From the human T2T-CHM13v2.0 reference genome, Homo sapiens, in NCBI RefSeq assembly GCF_009914755.1, contig NC_060932.1: a stretch of DNA of 64,000 bases, one strand, 5' to 3'. Positions 24,701 to 37,900 of the stretch are shown here, piece after piece. Position 1 is the first letter of the stretch, and every line of letters starts with the position of its first letter. Made by a program: the position numbers and the translations under genes. Under the pieces are notes generated by a model that saw nothing but the letters and a program-made list of their open reading frames with translations, ran no database searches and was not told where the DNA came from.

Positions 24701-27700
24701 ACAGAGTGGAACATTCCCATTCATAGAGCAGGTTGGAAACACTCTTTTTGGAGTATCTGGAAGTGGACATTTGGAGCGCTTTCTGAACTATGGTGAAAAA
24801 GGAAATATCTTCCAATGAAAACAAGACAGAAGCATTCTGAGAAACTTATTTGTGATGTGTGTCCTCAACAAACGGACTTGAACCTTTCGTTTCATGCAGT
24901 ACTTCTGGAACACTCTTTTTGAAGATTCTGCATGCGGATATTTGGATAGCTTTGAGGATTTCGTTGGAAACGGGCTTACATGTAAAAATTAGACAGCAGC
25001 ATTCTCAGAAACTTCTTTGTGGTGTCTGCATTCAAGTCACAGAATTGAACATCCCCTCACATAGAGCAGTTGTGCAGCACTCTATTTGTAGTATCTGGAA
25101 GTGGACATTTGGAGGGCTTTGTAGCCTATCTGGAAAAAGGAAATATCTTCCCATGAATGCGAGATAGAAGTAATCTCAGAAACATGTTTATGCTGTATCT
25201 ACTCAACTAACTGTGCTGAACATTTCTATTGATAGAGCAGTTTTGAGACACTCTTCTTTTGGAATCTGCAAGTGGATATTTGGATAGATTTGAGGATTTC
25301 GTTGGAAACGGGATTATATATAAAAAGTAGACAGCAGCATTCTCAGAAACTTCTTTGTGATGTTTGCATCCAGCTCTCAGAGTTGAACATTCCCTTTCAT
25401 AGAGTAGGTTTGAAACCCTCTTTTTATAGTGTCTGGAAGCGGGCATTTGGAGCGCTTTCAGGCCTATGCTGAAAAAGGAAATATCTACCTATAGAAACTA
25501 GACAGAAGCATTCTGAGAATCACGTTTGTGATGTGGGTACTCAACTAACAGTGTTGATCCATTCTTTTGATACAGCAGTTTTGAACCACACTTTTTGTAG
25601 AATCTGCAAGTGGATATTTGGATAGCTGTGAGGATTTCGTTGGAAACGGGAATGTCTTCATAGAAAATTTAGACAGAAGCATTCTCAGAACCTTGATTGT
25701 GATGTGTGTTCTCCACTAACAGAGTTGAACCTTTCTTTTGACAGAACTGTTCTGAAACATTCTTTTTATAGAATCTGGAAGTGGATATTTGGAAAGCTTT
25801 GAGGATTTCGTTGGAAACGGGAATATCTTCAAATCAAATCTAGCCAGAAGCATTCTAAGAAACATCTTAGGGATGTTTACATTCAAGTCACAGAGTTGAA
25901 CATTCCCTTTCACAGAGCAGGTTTGAAACAATCTTCTCGTACTATCTGGCAGTGGACATTTTGAGCTCCTTGGGGCCTATGCTGAAAAAGGAAATATCTT
26001 CCGACAAAAACTAGACAGAAGCATTCGCAGAATCACGTTTGTGATGTGTGCACTCAACTGTCAGAATTGAACCTTGGTTTGGACAGAGCACTTTTGAAAC
26101 ACTCTTTTTGTAGAATCTGCAGGTGGATATTTGGCTAGCTTTGAGGATTTCGTTGGAAACGGTAATGTCTTCAAAGAAAATCTAGACAGAAGCATTCTCA
26201 GAAACACCTTCGTGATGTTTGCAATCAAGTCACAGAGTTGAACCTTCCGTTTCATAGAGCAGGTTGGAAACACTCTTTTTGTAGTATCTGGAAGTGGACA
26301 TTTGGAGGGCTTTGTAGCCTATGTGGAAAAAGGAAATATCTTCCCATGAATGCGAGATAGAAGTAATCTCAGAAACATGTTTATGCTGTATCTACTCAAC
26401 TAACTGTGCTGAACATTTCTATTGATAGAGCAGTTTTGAGACACTCTTCTTTTGGAATCTGCAAGTGGATATTTGGAGAGATTTGAGGATTTCGTTGGAA
26501 ACGGGATTATATATAAAAAGTAGACAGCAGCATTCTCAGAAACTTCTTTGTGATGTTTGCATCCAGCTCTCAGAGTTGAACATTCCCTTTCATAGAGTAG
26601 GTTTGAAACCCTCTTTTTATAGTGTCTGGAAGCGGGCATTTGGAGCGCTTTCAGACCTATGCTTAAAATAGGAAATATCTACCTACAGAAACTAGACAGA
26701 AGCATTCTGAGAATCTCGTTTGTGATGTGGGTACTCAACTAACAGTGTTGATCCATTCTTTTGATACAGCAGTTTTGAACCACACTTTTTGTAGAATCTG
26801 CAAGAGGATATTTGGATAGCTGTGAGGATTTCGTTGGAAACGGGAATGTCTTCAAAGAAAATCTAGACAGAAACATTCTCAGAAACACCTTCGTGATGTT
26901 TGCAATCAAGTCACAGAGTTGAACCTTCCGTTTCATAGAGCAGGTTGGAAACACTCTTATTGTAGTATCTGGAAGTGGACATTTGGAGCGCTTTCAGGCC
27001 TATGGTGAAAAAGGAAATATCTTCCCATAAAAACAACATAGAAGCTATCTCAGGAACTTGTTTATGAGGCATCTAATCAACTAACAGTGTTGAACCTTTG
27101 TACTGACAGAGCAGTTTGAAACACTCTTTTTTTGGAATCTGCAAGTGGATATTTGGATCGCTTTGAGGATTTCGTTGGAAACGGGATGCAATATAAAACG
27201 TACACAGCAGCATACTCAGAAAATTCTTTGCCATATTTCCCTTCAAGTCACAGAGTGGAACATTCCCATTCATAGAGCAGGTTGGAAACACTCTTTTTGG
27301 AGTATCTGGAAGTGGACATTTGGAGCGCTTTCTGAACTATGGTGAAAAAGGAAATATCTTCCAATGAAAACAAGACAGAAGCATTCTGAGAAACTTATTT
27401 GTGATGTGTGTCCTCAACAAACGGACTTGAACCTTTCGTTTCATGCAGTACTTCTGGAACACTCTTTTTGAAGATTCTGCATGCGGATATTTGGATAGCT
27501 TTGAGGATTTCGTTGGAAACGGGCTTACATGTAAAAATTAGACAGCAGCATTCTCAGAAACTTCTTTGTGGTGTCTGCATTCAAGTCACAGAATTGAACA
27601 TCCCCTCACATAGAGCAGTTGTGCAGCACTCTATTTGTAGTATCTGGAAGTGGACATTTGGAGGGCTTTGTAGCCTATCTGGAAAAAGGAAATATCTTCC

Positions 27701-28912
27701 CATGAATGCGAGATAGAAGTAATCTCAGAAACATGTTTATGCTGTATCTACTCAACTAACTGTGCTGAACATTTCTATTGATAGAGCAGTTTTGAGACAC
27801 TCTTCTTTTGGAATCTGCAAGTGGATATTTGGATAGATTTGAGGATTTCGTTGGAAACGGGATTATATATAAAAAGTAGACAGCAGCATTCTCAGAAACT
27901 TCTTTGTGATGTTTGCATCCAGCTCTCAGAGTTGAACATTCCCTTTCATAGAGTAGGTTTGAAACCCTCTTTTTATAGTGTCTGGAAGCGGGCATTTGGA
28001 GCGCTTTCAGGCCTATGCTGAAAAAGGAAATATCTACCTATAGAAACTAGACAGAAGCATTCTGAGAATCACGTTTGTGATGTGGGTACTCAACTAACAG
28101 TGTTGATCCATTCTTTTGATACAGCAGTTTTGAACCACACTTTTTGTAGAATCTGCAAGTGGATATTTGGATAGCTGTGAGGATTTCGTTGGAAACGGGA
28201 ATGTCTTCATAGAAAATTTAGACAGAAGCATTCTCAGAACCTTGATTGTGATGTGTGTTCTCCACTAACAGAGTTGAACCTTTCTTTTGACAGAACTGTT
28301 CTGAAACATTCTTTTTATAGAATCTGGAAGTGGATATTTGGAAAGCTTTGAGGATTTCGTTGGAAACGGGAATATCTTCAAATCAAATCTAGCCAGAAGC
28401 ATTCTAAGAAACATCTTAGGGATGTTTACATTCAAGTCACAGAGTTGAACATTCCCTTTCACAGAGCAGGTTTGAAACAATCTTCTCGTACTATCTGGCA
28501 GTGGACATTTTGAGCTCCTTGGGGCCTATGCTGAAAAAGGAAATATCTTCCGACAAAAACTAGACAGAAGCATTCGCAGAATCACGTTTGTGATGTGTGC
28601 ACTCAACTGTCAGAATTGAACCTTGGTTTGGACAGAGCACTTTTGAAACACTCTTTTTGTAGAATCTGCAGGTGGATATTTGGCTAGCTTTGAGGATTTC
28701 GTTGGAAACGGTAATGTCTTCAAAGAAAATCTAGACAGAAGCATTCTCAGAAACACCTTCGTGATGTTTGCAATCAAGTCACAGAGTTGAACCTTCCGTT
28801 TCATAGAGCAGGTTGGAAACACTCTTTTTGTAGTATCTGGAAGTGGACATTTGGAGGGCTTTGTAGCCTATCTGGAAAAAGGAAATATCTTCCCATGAAT
28901 GCGAGATAGAAG

Positions 28913-31900
28913 TAATCTCAGAAACATGTTTATGCTGTATCTACTCAACTAACTGTGCTGAACATTTCTATTGATAGAGCAGTTTTGAGACACTCTTCTT
29001 TTGGAATCTGCAAGTGGATATTTGGATAGATTTGAGGATTTCGTTGGAAACGGGATTATATATAAAAAGTAGACAGCAGCATTCTCAGAAACTTCTTTGT
29101 GATGTTTGCATCCAGCTCTCAGAGTTGAACATTCCCTTTCATAGAGTAGGTTTGAAACCCTCTTTTTATAGTGTCTGGAAGCGGGCATTTGGAGCGCTTT
29201 CAGGCCTATGCTTAAAATAGGAAATATCTACCTACAGAAACTAGACAGAAGCATTCTGAGAATCACGTTTGTGATGTGGGTACTCAACTAACAGTGTTGA
29301 TCCATTCTTTTGATACAGCAGTTTTGAACCACACTTTTTGTAGAATCTGCAAGAGGATATTTGGATAGCTGTGAGGATTTCGTTGGAAACGGGAATGTCT
29401 TCAAAGAAAATCTAGACAGAAGCATTCTCAGAAACACCTTCGTGATGTTTGCAATCAAGTCACAGAGTTGAACCTTCCGTTTCATAGAGCAGGTTGGAAA
29501 CACTCTTATTGTAGTATCTGGAAGTGGACATTTGGAGCGCTTTCAGGCCTATGGTGAAAAAGGAAATATCTTCCCATAAAAACGACATAGAAGCTATCTC
29601 AGGAACTTGTTTATGATGCATCTAATCAACTAACAGTGTTGAACCTTTGTACTAACAGAGCAGTTTGAAACACTCTTTTTTTGGAATCTGCAAGTGGATA
29701 TTTGGATCGCTTTGAGGATTTCGTTGGAAACGGGATGCAATATAAAACGTACACAGCAGCATACTCAGAAAATACTTTGCCATATTTCCATTCAAGTCAC
29801 AGAGTGGAACATTCCCATTCATAGAGCAGGTTGGAAACACTCTTTTTGGAGTATCTGGAAGTGGACATTTGGAGCGCTTTCTGAACTATGGTGAAAAAGG
29901 AAATATCTTCCAATGAAAACAAGACAGAAGCATTCTGAGAAACTTATTTGTGATGTGTGTCCTCAACAAACGGACTTGAAACTTTCGTTTCATGCAGTAC
30001 TTCTGGAACACTCTTTTTGAAGATTCTGCATGCGGATATTTGGATAGCTTTGAGGATTTCGTTGGAAACGGTCTTACATGTAAAAATTAGACAACAGCAT
30101 TCTCAGAAACTTCTTTGTGGTGTCTGCATTCAAGTCACAGAATTGAACTTCCCCTCACATAGAGCAGTTGTGCAGCACTCTATTTGTAGTATCTGGAAGT
30201 GGACATTTGGAGGGCTTTGTAGCCTATCTGGAAAAAGGAATTATCTTCCCATGAATGCGAGATAGAAGTAATCTGAGAAACATGTTTATGCTGTATCTAC
30301 TCAACTAACTGTGCTGAACATTTCTATTGATAGAGCAGTTTTGAGACACTCTTCTTTTGGAATCTGCAAGTGGATATTTGGATAGATTTGAGGATTTCGT
30401 TGGAAACGGGATTATATATAAAAAGTAGACAGCAGCATTCTCAGAAACTTCTTTGTGATGTTTGCATCCAGCTCTCAGAGTTGAACATTCCCTTTCATAG
30501 AGTAGGTTTGAAACCCTCTTTTTATAGTGTCTGGAAGCGGGCATTTGGAGCGCTTTCAGGCCTATGCTTAAAATAGGAAATATCTACCTACAGAAACTAG
30601 ACAGAAGCATTCTGAGAATCACGTTTGTGATGTGGGTACTCAACTAACAGTGTTGATCTATTCTTTTGATACAGCAGTTTTGAACCACACTTTTTGTAGA
30701 ATCTGCAAGAGGATATTTGGATAGCTGTGAGGATTTCGTTGGAAACGGTAATGTCTTCAAAGAAAATCTAGACAGAAGCATTCTCAGAAATACCTTCGTG
30801 ATGTTTGCAATCAAGTCACAGAGTTGAACCTTCCGTTTCATAGAGCAGGTTGGAAACACTCTTATTGTAGTATCTGGAAGTGGACATTTGGAGCGCTTTC
30901 AGGCCTATGGTGAAAAAGGAAATATCTTCCCATAAAAACGATATAGAAGCTATCTCAGGAACTTGTTTATGATGCATCTAATCAACTAACAGTGTTGAAC
31001 CTTTGTACTGACAGAGCAGTTTGAAACACTCTTTTTTTGGAATCTGCAAGTGGATATTTGGATCCCTTTGAGGATTTCGTTGGAAACGGGATGCAATATA
31101 AAACGTACACAGCAGCATACTCAGAAAATACTTTGCCATATTTCCATTCAAGTCACAGAGTGGAACATTCCCATTCATAGAGCAGGTTTGAAACACTCTT
31201 TTTGGAGTATCTGGAAGTGGACATTTGGAGCGCTTTCTGAACTATGGTGAAAAAGGAAATATCTTCCAATGAAAACAAGACAGAAGCATTCTGAGAAACT
31301 TATTTGTGATGTGTGTCCTCAACAAACGGACTTGAACCTTTCGTTTCATGCAGTACTTCTGGAACACTCTTTTTGAAGATTCTGCATGCGGATATTTGGA
31401 TAGCTTTGAGGATTTCATTGGAAACGGGCTTACATGTAAAAATTAGACAGCAGCATTCTCAGAAACTTCTTTGTGGTGTCTGCATTCAAGTCACAGAATT
31501 GAACTTCCCCTCACATAGAGCAGTTGTGCAGCACTCTATTTGTAGTATCTGGAAGTGGACATTTGGAGGGCTTTGTAGCCTATCTGGAAAAAGGAAATAT
31601 CTTCCCATGAATGCGAGATAGAAGTAATCTCAGAAACATGTTTATGCTGTATCTACTCAACTAACTGTGCTGAACATTTCTATTGATAGAGCAGTTTTGA
31701 GACACTCTTCTTTTGGAATCTGCAAGTGGATATTTGGATAGATTTGAGGATTTCGTTGGAAACGGGATTATATATAAAAAGTAGACAGCAGCATTCTCAG
31801 AAACTTCTTTGTGATGTTTGCATCCAGCTCTCAGAGTTGAACATTCCCTTTCATAGAGTAGGTTTGAAACCCTCTTTTTATAGTGTCTGGAAGCGGGCAT

Positions 31901-34900
31901 TTGGAGCGCTTTCAGGCCTATGCTTAAAATAGGAAATATCTACCTACAGAAACTAGACAGAAGCATTCTGAGAATCACGTTTGTGATGTGGGTACTCAAC
32001 TAACAGTGTTGATCCATTCTTTTGATACAGCAGTTTTGAACCACACTTTTTGTAGAATCTGCAAGAGGATATTTGGATAGCTGTGAGGATTTCGTTGGAA
32101 ACGGGGATGTCTTCAAAGAAAATCTAGACAGAAGCATTCTCAGAAACACCTTCGTGATGTTTGCAATCAAGTCACAGAGTTGAACCTTCCGTTTCATAGA
32201 GCAGGTTGGAAACACTCTTATTGTAGTATCTGGAAGTGGACATTTGGAGCGCTTTCAGGCCTATGGTGAAAAAGGAAATATATTCCCATAAAAACGACAT
32301 AGAAGCTATCTCAGGAACTTGTTTATGATGCATCTAATCAACTAACAGTGTTGAACCTTTGTACTGACAGAGCAGTTTGAAACACTCTTTTTTTGGAATC
32401 TGCAAGTGGATATTTGGATCGCTTTGAGGATTTCGTTGGAAACGGGATGCAATATAAAACGTACACAGCAGCATACTCAGAAAATACTTTGCCATATTTC
32501 CATTCAAGTCACAGAGTGGAACATTCCCATTCATAGAGCAGGTTGGAAACACTCTTTTTGGAGTATCTGGAAGTGGACATTTGGAGCGCTTTCTGAACTA
32601 TGGTGAAAAAGGAAATATCTTCCAATGAAAACAAGACAGAAGCATTCTGAGAAACTTATTTGTGATGTGTGTCCTCAACAAACGGACTTGAACCTTTCGT
32701 TTCATGCAGTACTTCTGGAACACTCTTTTTGAAGATTCTGCATGCGGATATTTGGATAGCTTTGAGGATTTCGTTGGAAACGGGCTTACATGTAAAAATT
32801 AGACAGCAGCATTCTCAGAAACTTCTTTGTGGTGTCTGCATTCAAGTCACAGAATTGAACATCCCCTCACATAGAGCAGTTGTGCAGCACTCTATTTGTA
32901 GTATCTCGAAGTGGACATTTGGAGGGCTTTGTAGCCTATCTGGAAAAAGGAAATATCTTCCCATGAATGCGAGATAGAAGTAATCTCAGAAACATGTTTA
33001 TGCTGTATCTACTCAACTAACTGTGCTGAACATTTCTATTGATAGAGCAGTTTTGAGACACTCTTCTTTTGGAATCTGCAAGTGGATATTTGGATAGATT
33101 TGAGGATTTCGTTGGAAACGGGATTATATATAAAAAGTAGACAGCAGCATTCTCAGAAACTTCTTTGTGATGTTTGCATCCAGCTCTCAGAGTTGAACAT
33201 TCCCTTTCATAGAGTAGGTTTGAAACCCTCTTTTTATAGTGTCTGGAAGCGGGCATTTGGAGCGCTTTCAGGCCTATGCTGAAAAAGGAAATATCTACCT
33301 ATAGAAACTAGACAGAAGCATTCTGAGAATCACGTTTGTGATGTGGGTACTCAACTAACAGTGTTGATCCATTCTTTTGATACAGCAGTTTTGAACCACC
33401 CTTTTTGTAGAATCTGCAAGTGGATATTTGGATAGCTGTGAGGATTTCGTTGGAAACGGGAATGTCTTCATAGAAAATGTAGACAGAAGCATTCTCAGAA
33501 CCTTGATTGTGATGTGTGTTCTCCACTAACAGAGTTGAACCTTTCTTTTGACAGAACTGTTCTGAAACATTCTTTTTATAGAATCTGGAAGTGGATATTT
33601 GGAAAGCTTTGAGGATTTCGTTGGAAACGGGAATATCTTCAAATAAAATCTAGCCAGAAGCATTCTAAGAAACATCTTAGGGATGTTTACATTCAAGTCA
33701 CAGAGTTGAACATTCCCTTTCACAGAGCAGGTTTGAAACAATCTTCTCGTACTATCTGGCAGTGGACATTTTGAGCTCCTTGGGGCCTATGCTGAAAAAG
33801 GAAATATCTTCCGACAAAAACTAGACAGAAGCATTCGCAGAATCACGTTTGTGATGTGTGCACTCAACTGTCAGAATTGAACCTTGGTTTGGACAGAGCA
33901 CTTTTGAAACACTCTTTTTGTAGAATCTGCAGGTGGATATTTGGCTAGCTTTGAGGATTTCGTTGGAAACGGTAATGTCTTCAAAGAAAATCTAGACAGA
34001 AGCATTCTCAGAAACACCTTCGTGATGTTTGCAATCAAGTCACAGAGTTGAACCTTCCGTTTCATAGAGCAGGTTGGAAACACTCTTATTGTAGTATCTG
34101 GAAGTGGACATTTGGAGGGCTTTGTAGCCTATCTGGAAAAAGGAAATATCTTCCCATGAATGCGAGATAGAAGTAATCTCAGAAACATGTTTATGCTGTA
34201 TCTACTCAACTAACTGTGCTGAACATTTCTATTGATAGAGCAGTTTTGAGACACTCTTCTTTTGGAATCTGCAAGTGGATATTTGGATAGATTTGAGGAT
34301 TTCGTTGGAAACGGGATTATATATAAAAAGTAGACAGCAGCATTCTCAGAAACTTCTTTGTGATGTTTGCATCCAGCTCTCAGAGTTGAACATTCCCTTT
34401 CATAGAGTAGGTTTGAAACCCTCTTTTTATAGTGTCTGGAAGCGGGCATTTGGAGCGCTTTCAGGCCTATGCTTAAAATAGGAAATATCTACCTACAGAA
34501 ACTAGACAGAAGCATTCTGAGAATCACGTTTGTGATGTGGGTACTCAACTAACAGTGTTGATCCATTCTTTTGATACAGCAGTTTTGAACCACACTTTTT
34601 GTAGAATCTGCAAGAGGATATTTGGATAGCTGTGAGGATTTCGTTGGAAACGGGAATGTCTTCAAAGAAAATCTAGACAGAAGCATTCTCAGAAACACCT
34701 TCGTGATGTTTGCAATCAAGTCACAGAGTTGAACCTTCCGTTTCATAGAGCAGGTTGGAAACACTCTTATTGTAGTATCTGGAAGTGGACATTTGGAGCG
34801 CTTTCAGGCCTATGGTGAAAAAGGAAATATCTTCCCATAAAAACGACATAGAAGCTATCTCAGGAACTTGTTTATGATGCATCTAATCAACTAACAGTGT

Positions 34901-37900
34901 TGAACCTTTGTACTGACAGAGCAGTTTGAAACACTCTTTTTTTGGAATCTGCAAGTGGATATTTGGATCGCTTTGAGGATTTCGTTGGAAACGGGATGCA
35001 ATATAAAACGTACACAGCAGCATACTCAGAAAATACTTTGCCATATTTCCATTCAAGTCACAGAGTGGAACATTCCCATTCATAGAGCAGGTTGGAAACA
35101 CTCTTTTTGGAGTATCTGGAAGTGGACATTTGGAGCGCTTTCTGAACTATGGTGAAAAAGGAAATATCTTCCAATGAAAACAAGACAGAAGCATTCTGAG
35201 AAACTTATTTGTGATGTGTGTCCTCAACAAACGGACTTGAACCTTTCGTTTCATGCAGTACTTCTGGAACACTCTTTTTGAAGATTCTGCATGCGGATAT
35301 TTGGATAGCTTTGAGGATTTCGTTGGAAACGGGCTTACATGTAAAAATTAGACAGCAGCATTCTCAGAAACTTCTTTGTGGTGTCTGCATTCAAGTCACA
35401 GAATTGAACATCCCCTCACATAGAGCAGTTGTGCAGCACTCTATTTGTAGTATCTGGAAGTGGACATTTGGAGGGCTTTGTAGCCTATGTGGAAAAAGGA
35501 AATATCTTCCCATGAATGCGAGATAGAAGTAATCTCAGAAACATGTTTATGCTGTATCTACTCAACTAACTGTGCTGAACATTTCTATTGATAGAGCAGT
35601 TTTGAGACACTCTTCTTTTGGAATCTGCAAGTGGATATTTGGATAGATTTGAGGATTTCGTTGGAAACGGGATTATATATCAAAAGTAGACAGCAGCATT
35701 CTCAGAAACTTCTTTGTGATGTTTGCATCCAGCTCTCAGAGTTGAACATTCCCTTTCATAGAGTAGGTTTGAAACCCTCTTTTTATAGTGTCTGGAAGCG
35801 GGCATTTGGAGCGCTTTCAGGCCTATGCTGAAAAAGGAAATATCTACCTATAGAAACTAGACAGAAGCATTCTGAGAATCACGTTTGTGATGTGGGTACT
35901 CAACTAACAGTGTTGATCCATTCTTTTGATACAGCAGTTTTGAACCACACTTTTTGTAGAATCTGCAAGTGGATATTTGGATAGCTGTGAGGATTTCGTT
36001 GGAAACGGGAATGTCTTCATAGAAAATTTAGACAGAAGCATTCTCAGAACCTTGATTGTGATGTGTGTTCTCCACTAACAGAGTTGAACCTTTCTTTTGA
36101 CAGAACTGTTCTGAAACATTCTTTTTATAGAATCTGGAAGTGGATATTTGGAAAGCTTTGAGGATTTCGTTGGAAACGGGAATATCTTCAAATCAAATCT
36201 AGCCAGAAGCATTCTAAGAAACATCTTAGGGATGTTTACATTCAAGTCACAGAGTTGAACATTCCCTTTCACAGAGCAGGTTTGAAACAATCTTCTCGTA
36301 CTATCTGGCAGTGGACATTTTGAGCTCCTTGGGGCCTATGCTGAAAAAGGAAATATCTTCCGACAAAAACTAGACAGAAGCATTCGCAGAATCACGTTTG
36401 TGATGTGTGCACTCAACTGTCAGAATTGAACCTTGGTTTGGACAGAGCACTTTTGAAACACTCTTTTTGTAGAATCTGCAGGTGGATATTTGGCTAGCTT
36501 TGAGGATTTCGTTGGAAACGGTAATGTCTTCAAAGAAAATCTAGACAGAAGCATTCTCAGAAACACCTTCGTGATGTTTGCAATCAAGTCACAGAGTTGA
36601 ACCTTCCGTTTCATAGAGCAGGTTGGAAACACTCTTTTTGTAGTATCTGGAAGTGGACATTTGGAGGGCTTTGTAGCCTATGTGGAAAAAGGAAATATCT
36701 TCCCATGAATGCGAGATAGAAGTAATCTCAGAAACATGTTTATGCTGTATCTACTCAACTAACTGTGCTGAACATTTCTATTGATAGAGCAGTTTTGAGA
36801 CACTCTTCTTTTGGAATCTGCAAGTGGATATTTGGATAGATTTGAGGATTTCGTTGGAAACGGGATTATATATCAAAAGTAGACAGCAGCATTCTCAGAA
36901 ACTTCTTTGTGATGTTTGCATCCAGCTCTCAGAGTTGAACATTCCCTTTCATAGAGTAGGTTTGAAACCCTCTTTTTATAGTGTCTGGAAGCGGGCATTT
37001 GGAGCGCTTTCAGGCCTATGCTTAAAATAGGAAATATCTACCTACAGAAACTAGACAGAAGCATTCTGAGAATCACGTTTGTGATGTGGGTACTCAACTA
37101 ACAGTGTTGATCCATTCTTTTGATACAGCAGTTTTGAACCACACTTTTTGTAGAATCTGCAAGAGGATATTTGGATAGCTGTGAGGATTTCGTTGGAAAC
37201 GGGAATGTCTTCAAAGAAAATCTAGACAGAAGCATTCTCAGAAACACCTTCGTGATGTTTGCAATCAAGTCACAGAGTTGAACCTTCCGTTTCATAGAGC
37301 AGGTTGGAAACACTCTTATTGTAGTATCTGGAAGTGGACATTTGGAGCGCTTTCAGGCCTATGGTGAAAAAGGAAATATCTTCCCATAAAAACGACATAG
37401 AAGCTATCTCAGGAACTTGTTTATGATGCATCTAATCAACTAACAGTGTTGAACCTTTGTACTGACAGAGCAGTTTGAAACACTCTTTTTTTGGAATCTG
37501 CAAGTGGATATTTGGATCGCTTTGAGGATTTCGTTGGAAACGGGATGCAATATAAAACGTACACAGCAGCATACTCAGAAAATACTTTGCCATATTTCCA
37601 TTCAAGTCACAGAGTGGAACATTCCCATTCATAGAGCAGGTTGGAAACACTCTTTTTGGAGTATCTGGAAGTGGACATTTGGAGCGCTTTCTGAACTATG
37701 GTGAAAAAGGAAATATCTTCCAATGAAAACAAGACAGAAGCATTCTGAGAAACTTATTTGTGATGTGTGTCCTCAACAAACGGACTTGAACCTTTCGTTT
37801 CATGCAGTACTTCTGGAACACTCTTTTTGAAGATTCTGCATGCGGATATTTGGATAGCTTTGAGGATTTCGTTGGAAACGGTCTTACATGTAAAAATTAG

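Larger units (their letters stand above)
8521..28912 (+). repeat. Mostly regular 7+8 alternation (2549-bp, 15-monomer composite period) with one extra 8-mer (consecutive 8-mers at 17361 and 18717)
   Basis: 7-mer-specific ORFs at 9066, 11615, 14164, 16713, then 20618, 23167, 25716, 28265: spacing 2549 except one 3905 (2549+1356). Confidence 0.95.

Noticed and set aside
33308-33526. MENTHHNQ... ORF seen only here and at 43664-43882
   Set aside because: A single T>G change (33479, 43835) removes a stop codon; useful only as a lineage marker.
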